Source of the DNA: Gammaproteobacteria bacterium
GTDB taxonomy: Bacteria; Pseudomonadota; Gammaproteobacteria; JAKDMP01
Length of the DNA stretch: 30,805 nt
Direction of reading: 5' to 3'
Assembly (NCBI GenBank): GCA_050738295.1
Contig: JBOHZI010000001.1
Location: forward strand, 1-30,805
The notes under the pieces were generated by a model that was given only the letters and a program-made list of their open reading frames with translations, made no database searches and had not been told where the DNA came from. Shown here piece after piece: positions 18,563 through 29,140 of the stretch (position 1 is its first letter; each line of letters begins with the position of its first letter). The translations under genes and the position numbers were made by a program.

Positions 18563-18606
18563 AACCGCACTACATGCAGACAACTACGACAGCATGTAGT
18601 GCGGTT
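18563..18606. terminator. 15-bp perfect inverted repeat, probable terminator
   Basis: AACCGCACTACATGC (18563-18577) / GCATGTAGTGCGGTT (18592-18606), 38 nt after a stop; lacks a long U tract. Confidence 0.5.
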
Positions 18607-18804
18607 AAGGATTAACTCGGAGTCGGATCAGGTCGGACTTGGTGGAGCGAGGTGGTCCAAAGACTTCTTTTCTTCTTGAACCGAAGGCGAGTTGCGGTGT
18701 CTTATGCTCTAGTTGTAGCTGCTGGAAAAAATGAACGGCGTCACAAGTTTGTTCTGCTGTCGGGTAGAACATCTTCACATTAATATCCGATTCGAAACGC
18801 CCGC

Positions 18805-19518
18805 ATGATCGGGTTGTTGGCATCGCGGCGACTCGAAGGCGAGTTGATGGACGATCCTGCCGTGGACAAAGGCGAACATCGGCGTGCGCTCAGCGGGTTG
18901 GGTCGCATCAATCGGGTGAGCCGTACGGCTGCTGCGTTATGGCCACCGATTGCACGGATCGCCGCGCGCAGGTACCGCGGACCACTCTCCATGCTGGATG
19001 TTGCGAGCGGCGGGGGAGACGTTGCGGTTTCTCTCGGTCGCCATGCACACCATGCGCAAATAGCGCTCAAGATACAGGGCTGCGACATCAGTTCGACGGC
19101 GCTTGACTATGCGTCCGAACGAGCGGAGAAAGCTGGCGTGCCCGTAAGTTTTTTTTGTCTCGATGCGCTTTCGGAATCGATTCCGGCGCACTACGACATC
19201 ATCACCGTGACGCTTTTCCTGCATCACCTGAGCGATGCTCAAATAATCACGTTGCTGCGCAAGCTGTCGGCGCACACTGATCATTTGCTGGTCAGCGACC
19301 TGATCAGAAGCCGCACGGGCTATGTACTCGCCTGGTTGGGCACTCGGTTGCTGTCCACCTCCGCGATTGTGCGCGAGGATGGCCTGCGATCGGTACGCGC
19401 CGCGTTGACGCTCGCGAAGGCGCGCGAGCTTTCCGCGGCCGCTGGCCTGGAAAACGCAGAGTTCGAGCGTCACTGGCCGCAGCGTTTCCTGATGCATTGG
19501 GAGCGCCGGGTCGAGTAA
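18805..19518 (+). CDS. SAM-dependent methyltransferase (type III PKS cluster)
   Basis: ELMDDP, LDVASGGGD, LFLHHL, DGLRSVR. Confidence 0.9.
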   Translation: MIGLLASRRLEGELMDDPAVDKGEHRRALSGLGRINRVSRTAAALWPPIARIAARRYRGPLSMLDVASGGGDVAVSLGRHAHHAQIALKIQGCDISSTALDYASERAEKAGVPVSFFCLDALSESIPAHYDIITVTLFLHHLSDAQIITLLRKLSAHTDHLLVSDLIRSRTGYVLAWLGTRLLSTSAIVREDGLRSVRAALTLAKARELSAAAGLENAEFERHWPQRFLMHWERRVE

Positions 19519-19527
19519 GCTGAGGCA

Positions 19528-20682
19528 ATGGATTTACACACATTGCCAACGAGCTGGGACGCAGTTGTTGTCGGCGCTGGGGTGGCCGGTTCGGTCTCGG
19601 CTTGGCGCCTGGCGCGGGGCGGCTTGCGCGTGCTGTTGGTAGAGAAGGCCCGTTGGCCGCGCGAAAAAGTTTGTGGCGGCTGCGTCAATGCGGCTGCCGT
19701 GCGCGCACTGACGGGTCTTGGTCTGCCGGAGATCGCTACCGCTGGCCGCGGTTATTCCACAATGCGGCTCGCTATCGGCCGACGACAGGCGGTGTTACCG
19801 TTGCCCGCCGGACGGGCAATCAGCCGCCGGCACCTCGATGCGTTACTCGTTTCACGTGCGGTCGAGGCCGGCGCCTGCTTTCTGCCAGACACACGTGCAA
19901 CGCTAGAGGCAGCGCAGCCCGATGCGCGCAGCGTGAGTCTACGGCAAGGCGCGCAGGGCATGACCGTGACGGCCCGAGTTGTGCTTGACTGCGCTGGCCT
20001 CGGCAGCCGACTGACGAGCGATTCCGCCGGCGCCGAGTCGCATATCGCGCCCGGTGCGTATATTGGCCTCGGCGCGACCATCGCCGCCGAAGCACCGTTC
20101 TACCGCCCCGGAGTTATTCACATGGCCTGCGGTCGGCATGGCTATGTGGGACTGGTTCGTGTGGAGGATAACCAACTCAACATCGGTGCCGCGCTCGATC
20201 CCGAATGGACCAAGCGCCGCGGTGGCCCGGCTGCGGCCATCGCACACATTCTCCAAGGCGCGTCGTTCCCCCGCTTCGATGCACTGCGCACCACCCACTG
20301 GCATGGCACACCGCGCCTCACCCGAGAGCGCCGCCGACTCGGCGGCGAACGCGTGCTGACATTGGGCGATGCAGCAGGTTACGTTGAGCCGTTCACCGGT
20401 GAGGGCATGGCCTGGGCGCTTGCCGGCGCTGCGGCCATCGAGCCGTTTGCGCGCGCGGCGGTGGGCCACTGGCAGGACGATCTTGTGGAGCGGTGGACCG
20501 CGCGCCACGTGAAGCTCATCCGAACCCGCCAACGGACCTGCCGCGGCATCTCACTCTTGCTGCGCCAGCAGTGGCTGAGCGCTACGCTGTTGCCATTGAT
20601 TTCCGCGGCGCCGGGGCTGGTCTCGCCCGTGACAGCATGGCTGAACCACGACTTTCCGCTGCATGCGATGGCCGACGAATGA
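19528..20682 (+). CDS. FAD-dependent oxidoreductase (geranylgeranyl reductase/monooxygenase-like)
   Basis: VVGAGVAG, PREKVCG, GDAAGYVEPFTGEGM. Confidence 0.9.
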   Translation: MDLHTLPTSWDAVVVGAGVAGSVSAWRLARGGLRVLLVEKARWPREKVCGGCVNAAAVRALTGLGLPEIATAGRGYSTMRLAIGRRQAVLPLPAGRAISRRHLDALLVSRAVEAGACFLPDTRATLEAAQPDARSVSLRQGAQGMTVTARVVLDCAGLGSRLTSDSAGAESHIAPGAYIGLGATIAAEAPFYRPGVIHMACGRHGYVGLVRVEDNQLNIGAALDPEWTKRRGGPAAAIAHILQGASFPRFDALRTTHWHGTPRLTRERRRLGGERVLTLGDAAGYVEPFTGEGMAWALAGAAAIEPFARAAVGHWQDDLVERWTARHVKLIRTRQRTCRGISLLLRQQWLSATLLPLISAAPGLVSPVTAWLNHDFPLHAMADE

Positions 20683-21779
20683 CGCCGGGCGCAACGATGG
20701 GTGCAACGATCTTTGGCCTCGGCGTGGCGACGCCGCCGGGCACGTTGAATCAGGACAGGGCGACCGAGTTGGCCGAGGCGCGCTGCTGCAGCAGCGATCG
20801 CGAACGCGACTTGCTGCGGCGCATTTACCGCCATAGCGGCGTGCGCCGCCGCGCGAGTGTGCTGCTCGATGCCAGCGACGACGCAACAGCGCTGGAAGCC
20901 TTCTATCCGCTGCCGGAATCGGCTGCGGATCGCGGTCCGAGCACGGCGACACGTCTGCAACGCTATGCCGAAACGGCCGGGCCGTTGGCGGCAATAGCGT
21001 GCGAAGCCGCTTTCGATGAGTGCAGCATCGGTGCGGAAAAGATCACGCATATCGTCACCGTGTCCTGCACCGGCCTGATCTCGCCCGGCCTCGATGCGGA
21101 ACTGATCGAACGGCTTGGTTTGGCGCGGGACATCGGCCGCATCAACTTGGGATTCATGGGCTGTCATGGCGCGCTCAATGGCCTGCGCGCGGCGAGCGCC
21201 TGGGCGAACAGCCTTCCGGATGCATGCGTGCTGCTCTGCTGCGTCGAGCTGTGCACCCTGCATTTTCACTATGGCTGGGATACGCAGAAAGTGGTTTCCA
21301 ACGCGCTGTTTGCCGACGGCGCGGCCGCGGCAATAGTCGGGCCGCAAGGCCATGACGGCTTGCAGTTGCTCGACACCGCGAGCCTGATGACCGAAAATTC
21401 AAACGCAGCGATGACTTGGAAAGTCGGCAATCACGGTTTCGAAATGACGCTCGCGCGCGAGGTGCCGCAACTGATTCGGGATTCGCTTCCCGCTTGGCTC
21501 GATGGTTGGTTGGCCGAACACGGACTCGGCGCGCACGACGTGGCCCATTGGGCCATCCATCCGGGCGGTCCGCAAATAATCCAGGCCGTTGTGGAAGCGC
21601 TGGCGCTGCCGGAAAACGCGGCCGACGAGTCCGCGAATGTGTTGGCCGAACACGGCAATATGTCCTCGCCGACCCTGCTCTTCATTCTCCAACGCCTGCG
21701 CCAACGGCAGGCAACCGGGCCCTGCGTCGCCTTGGGTTTCGGGCCGGGACTCGCCTTCGAGGCTGCCCTATTCCAATAA
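20679..21779 (+). CDS. Type III polyketide synthase (chalcone synthase-like)
   Basis: Cys-His-Asn triad: GFMGCHG, AIHPGG, HGNMSS; LFADGAAA, GFGPGL; ATGA overlap with upstream gene. Confidence 0.95.
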   Translation: MTPGATMGATIFGLGVATPPGTLNQDRATELAEARCCSSDRERDLLRRIYRHSGVRRRASVLLDASDDATALEAFYPLPESAADRGPSTATRLQRYAETAGPLAAIACEAAFDECSIGAEKITHIVTVSCTGLISPGLDAELIERLGLARDIGRINLGFMGCHGALNGLRAASAWANSLPDACVLLCCVELCTLHFHYGWDTQKVVSNALFADGAAAAIVGPQGHDGLQLLDTASLMTENSNAAMTWKVGNHGFEMTLAREVPQLIRDSLPAWLDGWLAEHGLGAHDVAHWAIHPGGPQIIQAVVEALALPENAADESANVLAEHGNMSSPTLLFILQRLRQRQATGPCVALGFGPGLAFEAALFQ

Positions 21780-21995
21780 GAGGCCACTAATACGATAGCT
21801 ATTGAATGAGTGCACTCACCACCGGGCGATGGCGTCGTGCGCGTAGCCGAAACCCGGCTTGACGGCGTGGTCTTCTATCGCAAGTAAAAACAACCCACCT
21901 CGGTCTGATCTTCAATCAACAAGTGGCCGCTGCGGCGGCGCGTTTCATTCGCGCAAGTCACAAATAACCGTTTCGTGCTTATGTGCTGTTATGCA

Positions 21996-22661
21996 TTAAT
22001 TAGGGGTTTTGTTTCCGTTTTCAGTTTTTGTTCCGCAGTGCTCTAAGTAGGACATGGCCTCATGGGTTTCCTGGTACAGAGGGCCTTCGTCTGCGGTCAG
22101 GTTAAGCTGCAACATGTCTATTGAGCCACTTACATAGTAGTAATGGAATACATCAGGCGAGTCTATATAGATGACATCTTTCTTGTTTTGAGAAATATTG
22201 GATGCCCGTGATTTCATGTTCTCAAAGAGTGAATGGAGATAAAATTCAAGTTTTGGGCATTGATCGCTATTCGCTTCGTATTCCGTTCGTTTTAATCTGG
22301 ACAGGATTGCCTGATCGGTCTTGTAACCCTTGTGATAAAGATCTGCTATTTGATAGAAAAGAAGCCGTTTGTATTTGTACAGAACGGCCTCATACCCGTG
22401 TTTGTGCCTGTACGGGTAATAAGGATGGATTTCGAAAATTACATCGGCTTTGCCTCCCCACCCAATATGAAAAACGTATCTGAATCCATTTCTAAAATCC
22501 CGTGGATTCCTTATTTGATCTTTAATGCTCAGGACAGCAGCGTAGTAGCTGTGATAGGTAAGGCCTTCCCCATCGGGCCACGCATTCGCAGAAAACAGAA
22601 TTAATGCCAACCCGCAAATTGGATAAAGGCTACGCATTGTGACGACCTCTTGCTCCATCAT
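21996..22661 (-). CDS. Hypothetical exported protein
   Basis: AT-rich, Tyr-rich 221-aa ORF with signal-peptide-like N-terminus; start may be the downstream Met. Confidence 0.65.
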   Translation of the reverse strand: MMEQEVVTMRSLYPICGLALILFSANAWPDGEGLTYHSYYAAVLSIKDQIRNPRDFRNGFRYVFHIGWGGKADVIFEIHPYYPYRHKHGYEAVLYKYKRLLFYQIADLYHKGYKTDQAILSRLKRTEYEANSDQCPKLEFYLHSLFENMKSRASNISQNKKDVIYIDSPDVFHYYYVSGSIDMLQLNLTADEGPLYQETHEAMSYLEHCGTKTENGNKTPN

Positions 22662-22796
22662 TCATAGCCTACGCTATTTTTATTCGATATGGGTCGGGAA
22701 TGCTAGGAGCCTGTCGTTGGCTTCCGTCTGTGTGTTGTGTGCAAAATGGGGTTAGGTCTTGAATTTTGCCTTTGGTGAGTGGTGTGCTTGCAACTT

Positions 22797-22816
22797 TTAT
22801 CCACACTTTAACCACA
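22797..22816 (+). promoter_or_regulatory. Tandem DnaA-box-like sites
   Basis: TTATCCACA (22797-22805, consensus) and TTAACCACA (22808-22816, one mismatch). Confidence 0.4.
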
Positions 22817-22847
22817 TCTGGCAAAAGTTGATAATCGCCGATTCGGA

Positions 22848-23114
22848 TTAACGATAGACTTTGCTGCGATGGGCGACGCGAATAACAAGTACGATCAGGG
22901 TTTCATCCTGAATGTCGCAAAGTACGCGGTAATTTCCGACACGGTAGCGCCAGTATTCACTGAGTTGGCCTTTGAGAGAGGTCCCGAGAAGGCGTGGATT
23001 ATCCGCATTCGCAATTCGTTTGCGCAAGTAACTCAGGATTCTGCGTTGGTTGGTCGAGTCGATCCGGGAAAATTCCTTGAGGGCTTTGTCTTCGAACTCA
23101 ATCCGCCAAGTCAA
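22848..23114 (-). CDS. RelE/StbE-family toxin
   Basis: NPRLLGTSLKG...WRYRVGNYRV...HRSKVYR; TTG start overlapping the antitoxin. Confidence 0.92.
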   Translation of the reverse strand: MTWRIEFEDKALKEFSRIDSTNQRRILSYLRKRIANADNPRLLGTSLKGQLSEYWRYRVGNYRVLCDIQDETLIVLVIRVAHRSKVYR

Positions 23115-23331
23115 ACTGTTTCTCCACCTCGTTCAGCGGGTGGGTGCGCGAACGGCCTGCTCGGAGTTCGGCAAGGCGTTCGTCGGCCAGGTAGGCGTCT
23201 TCCATGTCTGTTAGGCCCTGAGTCAATGCCTTGCGGACATAGTAGCTCTTGCTGCGCCCGGTTTCGGCGGCCAACCGACGCAGACGCTCGTCTATGTTCT
23301 CCGGGATTCGAATCTGGCAGACAATGGACAC
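23098..23331 (-). CDS. RHH (RelB/CopG-like) antitoxin
   Basis: IRIPENIDERLRRLAAETGRSKSYYVRKAL...EDAYLA. Confidence 0.9.
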   Translation of the reverse strand: MSIVCQIRIPENIDERLRRLAAETGRSKSYYVRKALTQGLTDMEDAYLADERLAELRAGRSRTHPLNEVEKQFDLAD

Positions 23332-23362
23332 ATGAGGCTCCGAAATGTGGTGGCTCCACTAC

Positions 23363-23371
23363 AGTATAGCA
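23363..23371 (-). promoter_or_regulatory. Extended -10 promoter of the TA module
   Basis: TGCTATACT on the minus strand, 31 nt upstream of the antitoxin GTG. Confidence 0.55.
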
Positions 23372-23377
23372 AGTCTG

Positions 23378-25960
23378 TTAAGAAGCCTTCGTTGATTTCA
23401 GGTGTTGCAGTAGTTCGTAGATGAGGGCGTGGGCTTCGCGCGGACTGAGGGCGTCGGGGTCGATGTGGGCGAGGCGTTCGCGCAACGCGTCCGGCGTGGG
23501 CGTTGGTTCGGGTGCCGTTGGCGCGGAGGCGAAGAGGTCGGCTTGTGCTGCGGGGTGGTGGCGGCTGGTTTCCAGTTCCTTGAGGTACACGCGGGCACGG
23601 GCGATGATGCGTTCGGGTACGCCGGCAAGTTTCGCCACTTCCAGTCCGTAACTCTGACGCGCGGGGCCGGCACGTACGCCGTAGAGAAAGGCCAGTCCGC
23701 CGTCGTGTTCGCGTGCCTCGACGTGCGCGTTGGCGATGCGTTCGTGCGATTCGGGCAGATCGGTCAGCTCGAAATAGTGGGTGGCGAACAGCGTGAGCGC
23801 GCCGCGTTCGGCGAGCGCTTCGGCCACCGCGCGGGCGAGCGAGATGCCGTCGTAGGTGCCGGTGCCGCGCCCGATCTCGTCCATGATCACGAGCGTTTCG
23901 GCGGTCGCGGTGTGCAGAATGCGCGCGGTCTCCACCATTTCCACCATGAATGTCGAACGCGCATTGGCGAGATCGTCGGCAGCGCCGATGCGGGTGGCGA
24001 TGCGGTCGATGGGGCCGAGTCGTGCGCGGCTTGCGGGCACGTGGCTACCGATGTGGGCAAGCAGCACGATCAATGCAGCCTGGCGCATGTAGGTGGATTT
24101 GCCGCCCATGTTGGGGCCGGTGATGATGAGCATGCGCGTGGTGTCGTCGAGCACGAGGTCGTTGGGAATGAACGGTGTTCCCAGCGCCTGTTCCACTACC
24201 GGATGGCGTCCGCCTTCGATGTGAATACCCGGTGCAACGTCGAATTCGGGACGCACCCAGTCGAGGGCGCGGGCGCGTTCACCGAGCACGCACAACACGT
24301 CGAGTTCGGCCAGCGCCTGGGCGAGTCGGCGCAGCGACGCGAGTTCGGTGGTGATGCGTTCACACAGGCCGGTGAACAACGCGCGCTCCAGCGAACGAGC
24401 GCGTTCGCGTGCACTGAGCACGGCATTCTCGAAGCGCTTGAGTTCGGGCGTGATGTAGCGTTCGGCGTTTTTCAACGTCTGACGCCGGGTGTAGTCGTCC
24501 GGCGCCTTTTCGGCATCGCGGCGCGAGAGTTCGATGTAGTGGCCGTGCACACGGTTGTAGCCGACCTTCAGATTGCCGAGGCCGGTGCGTTCGCGTTCGC
24601 GTTGTTCCAGCGCCAGCATTTCGGCGCCGGCATCTGAATCGAGCGCTCTGGCTTCGTCCAGTTCGGCGTCGTAGCCGGTGGCGATCACGCTGCCGTCCTT
24701 GAGTTGGGCCGGTGGTTCGTCGGTCAGCGCCCGCGTCAATTCGGCGAGGAGTTCGGTGTGAGGTTCCAGACTGCGCACCAACGCACTCAGTCGTCCGGCT
24801 TGTTCCGCGGGCAAGGCAGCGTGCAGTTCGGGAATGCGCCGCAGTGCTTCACGCAGTCGGCCGAGATCGCGCGGATGGGCCGTGGCCAGCGCTACGCGGG
24901 TGAGCGTGCGTTCGATGTCGCCCAGTCCGCGCAGCCGTTCGCGCACCGGTTCGAGGGCGCCCGCTTCGGTCAGGGCATCGATCGCATCCAGGCGTGCGCT
25001 CAACACGTCGCGATCCCGCACCGGCTCACGCAGCCAGCGCCGCAGCAGGCGTGCACCCATCGGCGTGCGACTGGTATCGAGCACGCCGAGCAGCGTCAGG
25101 CCCTTGGCATCGGAGAGGTTTTCTTCGAGTTCGAGGTTGCGCCGCGTGGTGCTATCGAGCATGAGGCCGTCGCCGCTGCGCTCGCGGATCAGGCGGTCGA
25201 GCTGGGGCAGACTGCGCCGACCCGTTTCGCCGGCATAGGTGAGGAGTGCGCCCGCCGCGCCTAGGGCGGCACCGAGATCGGCGGCATCGAGTCCGGCGAG
25301 ATCGCGCACCGCGAACTGGCGCATCAACGCCTTGCGGCCGCTGTCCACATCAAAGTGCCACGGCGGGCGTCGGCGCGGCGTGGCTTGCATCGGCGGCAGC
25401 GGTGGGCCATCCTCGGCATAGAGCACTTCGGCCGGTGTGATGCCGGCGAGTGCCGCGAGGCAGGCGTCGCGTGTGGAGAATTCGGCCACACGCATTTCGC
25501 CCGCTGCCAGATCAAGCGCGGCGAGACCCCAAGTGTCGCCGGCCCGGCTGACGGCGGCGACTACGGCAGCGCGGCGCTCGTCGAGCAGGCCTTCCTCGAT
25601 CACGGTGCCGGGGGTGAGCACGCGCGTGACTTCGCGCCGCATCGGGCCCTTGCCGCCGGGCTCGCCGATCTGCTCGGCGATCACTACGCGTTCTCCGCGC
25701 GTGAGCAGGCGGGCGAGGTAATTTTCCACCGCATGCACCGGCACACCGGCCATCGGGATTGGTGCACCGGCGGATTCGCCGCGCGTGGTCAGCGTGATGT
25801 CGAGCAGGTCCGCCGCGCGGCGCGCATCGTCGTAGAACAACTCGTAAAAATCGCCCATCCGGTAGAACAGCAGTTCCTCGGGGTGCTCGGCCTTGATGCC
25901 GAGGTACTGCTCGATCATCGGCGTGTGTGCGCTAGTGTTGTGTTTCGTAATTCCTGGCAC
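23378..25960 (-). CDS. mutS: DNA mismatch repair protein MutS (original start at 26215 separated by a MITE)
   Basis: [50 protein letters not shown] clamp motif; the current GTG start lies inside the MITE terminal repeat. Confidence 0.97.
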   Translation of the reverse strand: MPGITKHNTSAHTPMIEQYLGIKAEHPEELLFYRMGDFYELFYDDARRAADLLDITLTTRGESAGAPIPMAGVPVHAVENYLARLLTRGERVVIAEQIGEPGGKGPMRREVTRVLTPGTVIEEGLLDERRAAVVAAVSRAGDTWGLAALDLAAGEMRVAEFSTRDACLAALAGITPAEVLYAEDGPPLPPMQATPRRRPPWHFDVDSGRKALMRQFAVRDLAGLDAADLGAALGAAGALLTYAGETGRRSLPQLDRLIRERSGDGLMLDSTTRRNLELEENLSDAKGLTLLGVLDTSRTPMGARLLRRWLREPVRDRDVLSARLDAIDALTEAGALEPVRERLRGLGDIERTLTRVALATAHPRDLGRLREALRRIPELHAALPAEQAGRLSALVRSLEPHTELLAELTRALTDEPPAQLKDGSVIATGYDAELDEARALDSDAGAEMLALEQRERERTGLGNLKVGYNRVHGHYIELSRRDAEKAPDDYTRRQTLKNAERYITPELKRFENAVLSARERARSLERALFTGLCERITTELASLRRLAQALAELDVLCVLGERARALDWVRPEFDVAPGIHIEGGRHPVVEQALGTPFIPNDLVLDDTTRMLIITGPNMGGKSTYMRQAALIVLLAHIGSHVPASRARLGPIDRIATRIGAADDLANARSTFMVEMVETARILHTATAETLVIMDEIGRGTGTYDGISLARAVAEALAERGALTLFATHYFELTDLPESHERIANAHVEAREHDGGLAFLYGVRAGPARQSYGLEVAKLAGVPERIIARARVYLKELETSRHHPAAQADLFASAPTAPEPTPTPDALRERLAHIDPDALSPREAHALIYELLQHLKSTKAS

Positions 25961-26199
25961 TTTCAGAGCTCTCCCACAAGCGTCAGATCAAGGCGCAGCG
26001 CGCAGGCAATGGCCGAGCCCTTGGCAAGCTGCTGCAACGCAGAGCTGGCGCTTGTGGGGGGCTCCCTTCGGGCGAGCCGCTGCAGGCCGGCTGCGGCGTT
26101 GCGCCCGTTTGAAAGGGAATAACCCTTCCTGCGCGCCCGCGCCTTGCATCCGGCCTGCAGCGGCTCGCTGAAAGTACCAAGAATTACGAAACACTACAC
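25935..26199. mobile_element. 265-bp MITE with TA target duplication
   Basis: 34-bp terminal inverted repeats including TA (25933-25966 / 26168-26201, 3 mismatches); internal 19-bp perfect IR (26072-26090 / 26150-26168); removal restores MADAFSAHTPM. Confidence 0.92.
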
Positions 26200-26277
26200 T
26201 AAAGGCGTCGGCCATCTACAATCAATTTGTACGAGGATCAGGCCGGTCATGTTACTAAAGGTGGAGGTCAGCCAGTC

Positions 26278-26784
26278 ATGAATGAGCAAAGTGACAGTTA
26301 CGGCGACGAGGCCCTGCGCGAGCAGGCCGAAGCGGTGGCAGCCTACTGCCTGGAACGCGGCTTCAGCGTGGCCACGGCCGAGTCCTGCACCGGCGGCTGG
26401 ATCGCCAAGTGCCTGACCGATATCGCGGGCAGTTCCGAGTGGTTCCGCGGCGGCGTGGTGACCTACTCGGACGCGCCCAAGACGAGCCTGCTCGGCGTCG
26501 AGACGGATTTGCTGGCGACTCACGGCGCGGTCAGCGAGGCCGTCGCCCTCGCCATGGCGCGGGGCGCCCTGACGGTGAGCGGAGCCGATGGCGCGGTCGC
26601 GGTGACCGGCGTCGCCGGGCCCGGCGGCGGCAGTGCCGAGAAGCCGGTGGGCACGGTGTGGATCGCGTGGGCCTGGCGCGGCGTCGAGCCGACGGCCCGC
26701 CGTTGGTGCTTCGCCGGTGATCGTGAGGCGGTGCGCCGGGCCACCGTGGTGGAGGCGCTGGCGGGATTGTATCGTGGGCGATGA
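26278..26784 (+). CDS. cinA: CinA/PncC NMN deamidase
   Basis: TAESCTGG, GAVS, VTGVAGPGGG, KPVGTV; GGAGG SD. Confidence 0.93.
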   Translation: MNEQSDSYGDEALREQAEAVAAYCLERGFSVATAESCTGGWIAKCLTDIAGSSEWFRGGVVTYSDAPKTSLLGVETDLLATHGAVSEAVALAMARGALTVSGADGAVAVTGVAGPGGGSAEKPVGTVWIAWAWRGVEPTARRWCFAGDREAVRRATVVEALAGLYRGR

Positions 26785-27310
26785 GCGTCTGCGGTTGTTC
26801 CTCGCGCTGTGGCCGGACGTCGCGGTCCGCCGCGCGTTGCAGGCCGCTACCCGCACGGCGGTCGAAACGAGTGGAGGGCGAGCCGTGCCCACTGCGAATT
26901 ACCACCTGACGCTGGCCTTTTTAGGCCTGCAACCCCGCTCGCAACTGGACGTCATCCACGATGCCATTTCGCGCCTTGAGTCGATAACGGGCACGCTGCA
27001 CCTGCAGCAGATCGGGTATTTCCGTGCCGCGCGGGTGCTGTGGGCTGGGCCACAGCGCACACCGACCATGTTGAGCCGGCAGGCCAACCGTTTGCGGGCG
27101 GCGCTCGGTGCGAACGGTGTGAGCTTCACACCGGGGCCGTTCCGTGCGCATGTGACGCTCGCGCGGCGCGTAGCGCAGGTGCCGAGCGTTGAGTTCGAGC
27201 CGATTCACTGGGCTTACACCGGCGTCACATTGATCGAGAGCGATCGCGCCAGGCCGCGTTACAGGGTGTTGGCGCAGTGGCCGGGCCGCGATTTGCCGCC
27301 TATGGAATAA
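26774..27310 (+). CDS. thpR: RNA 2',3'-cyclic phosphodiesterase (2H family)
   Basis: [16 protein letters not shown] and HVTLAR; usual position between cinA and recA. Confidence 0.92.
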   Translation: MGDERLRLFLALWPDVAVRRALQAATRTAVETSGGRAVPTANYHLTLAFLGLQPRSQLDVIHDAISRLESITGTLHLQQIGYFRAARVLWAGPQRTPTMLSRQANRLRAALGANGVSFTPGPFRAHVTLARRVAQVPSVEFEPIHWAYTGVTLIESDRARPRYRVLAQWPGRDLPPME

Positions 27311-27348
27311 TGGGTTCCGAACGTAACACGTCTAGGGAGAGAATATAT

Positions 27349-28378
<1,030 letters not shown>

Positions 28379-28398
<20 letters not shown>

Positions 28399-28852
28399 AT
28401 CCGAACAGCCGGAGGCCTTCGATGTGGGCCTCCGGTTGCTCGCGCGGCGCGAACACAGCCGCGCCGAACTGGCTCTCAAGCTGGCCCAGCGCGGCATTGA
28501 ACAGGCCGACATCGAGCAGGCGCTGGATCGTCTGCAGGCGATGGACGCGCTCAACGAGGCGCGTTTCGCTGAACAATATGTGCGTATGCGACTACGCCAA
28601 GGCTACGGCCCGGCGCGCATCCGTGCTGATCTCGCCACGCGCGGTGTGGATGCAGCCACGGTCGAGGCCGAGTTGGCGGGTGCGGAGAACGACGATGCCC
28701 ACTGGCTTGCGCGCGCCGAAGCGGCCCGCCAACGCCGCTTTGGTGCCGACCTGCCGGATGACTACGACGAACGGGCTCGCCAGACACGTTTTCTCGAACG
28801 CCGAGGCTTCCCGGCAGCGCATATCGTACGTGTGTTGCGTGGTGAGGTATAG
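28379..28852 (+). CDS. recX: Regulatory protein RecX
   Basis: [27 protein letters not shown]; follows recA; start codon uncertain. Confidence 0.93.
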
Positions 28853-28882
28853 AATAGTGCTGTACATGTATTGCGGTGCACC

Positions 28883-29140
28883 ATGAAGCCGGCTCAAAAT
28901 CTGAAATCGGTTACCTACCGGATCCCACCCGAACTGGATCATCGGCTGGACGATCTGGCCCGCCACACGGGGCGCAGCAAGTCCTACTACCTGCGCCGTG
29001 CTTTGGGAGAATGGCTGGAAGACCGCGAGGACTATCTCGAAGCACTCACTGTGCTCGAGCGGGTCGAGGCCGGCGAAGAGGCTACCGTTCCCATGAAACA
29101 GGTGCTCAGGGAAGCCGGGCTGGATGACCTGGCGGATTGA
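28883..29140 (+). CDS. RHH (RelB/CopG-like) antitoxin
   Basis: YRIPPELDHRLDDLARHTGRSKSYYLRRAL...EDYLEA. Confidence 0.9.
   Translation: MKPAQNLKSVTYRIPPELDHRLDDLARHTGRSKSYYLRRALGEWLEDREDYLEALTVLERVEAGEEATVPMKQVLREAGLDDLAD

Noticed and set aside
23429..24637. 402-aa ORF on the + strand
   Set aside because: Antisense shadow of mutS
25988..25990. In-frame TGA as a selenocysteine codon in MutS
   Set aside because: It lies within the inserted element, not at a conserved Cys position, and I cannot identify a bacterial SECIS
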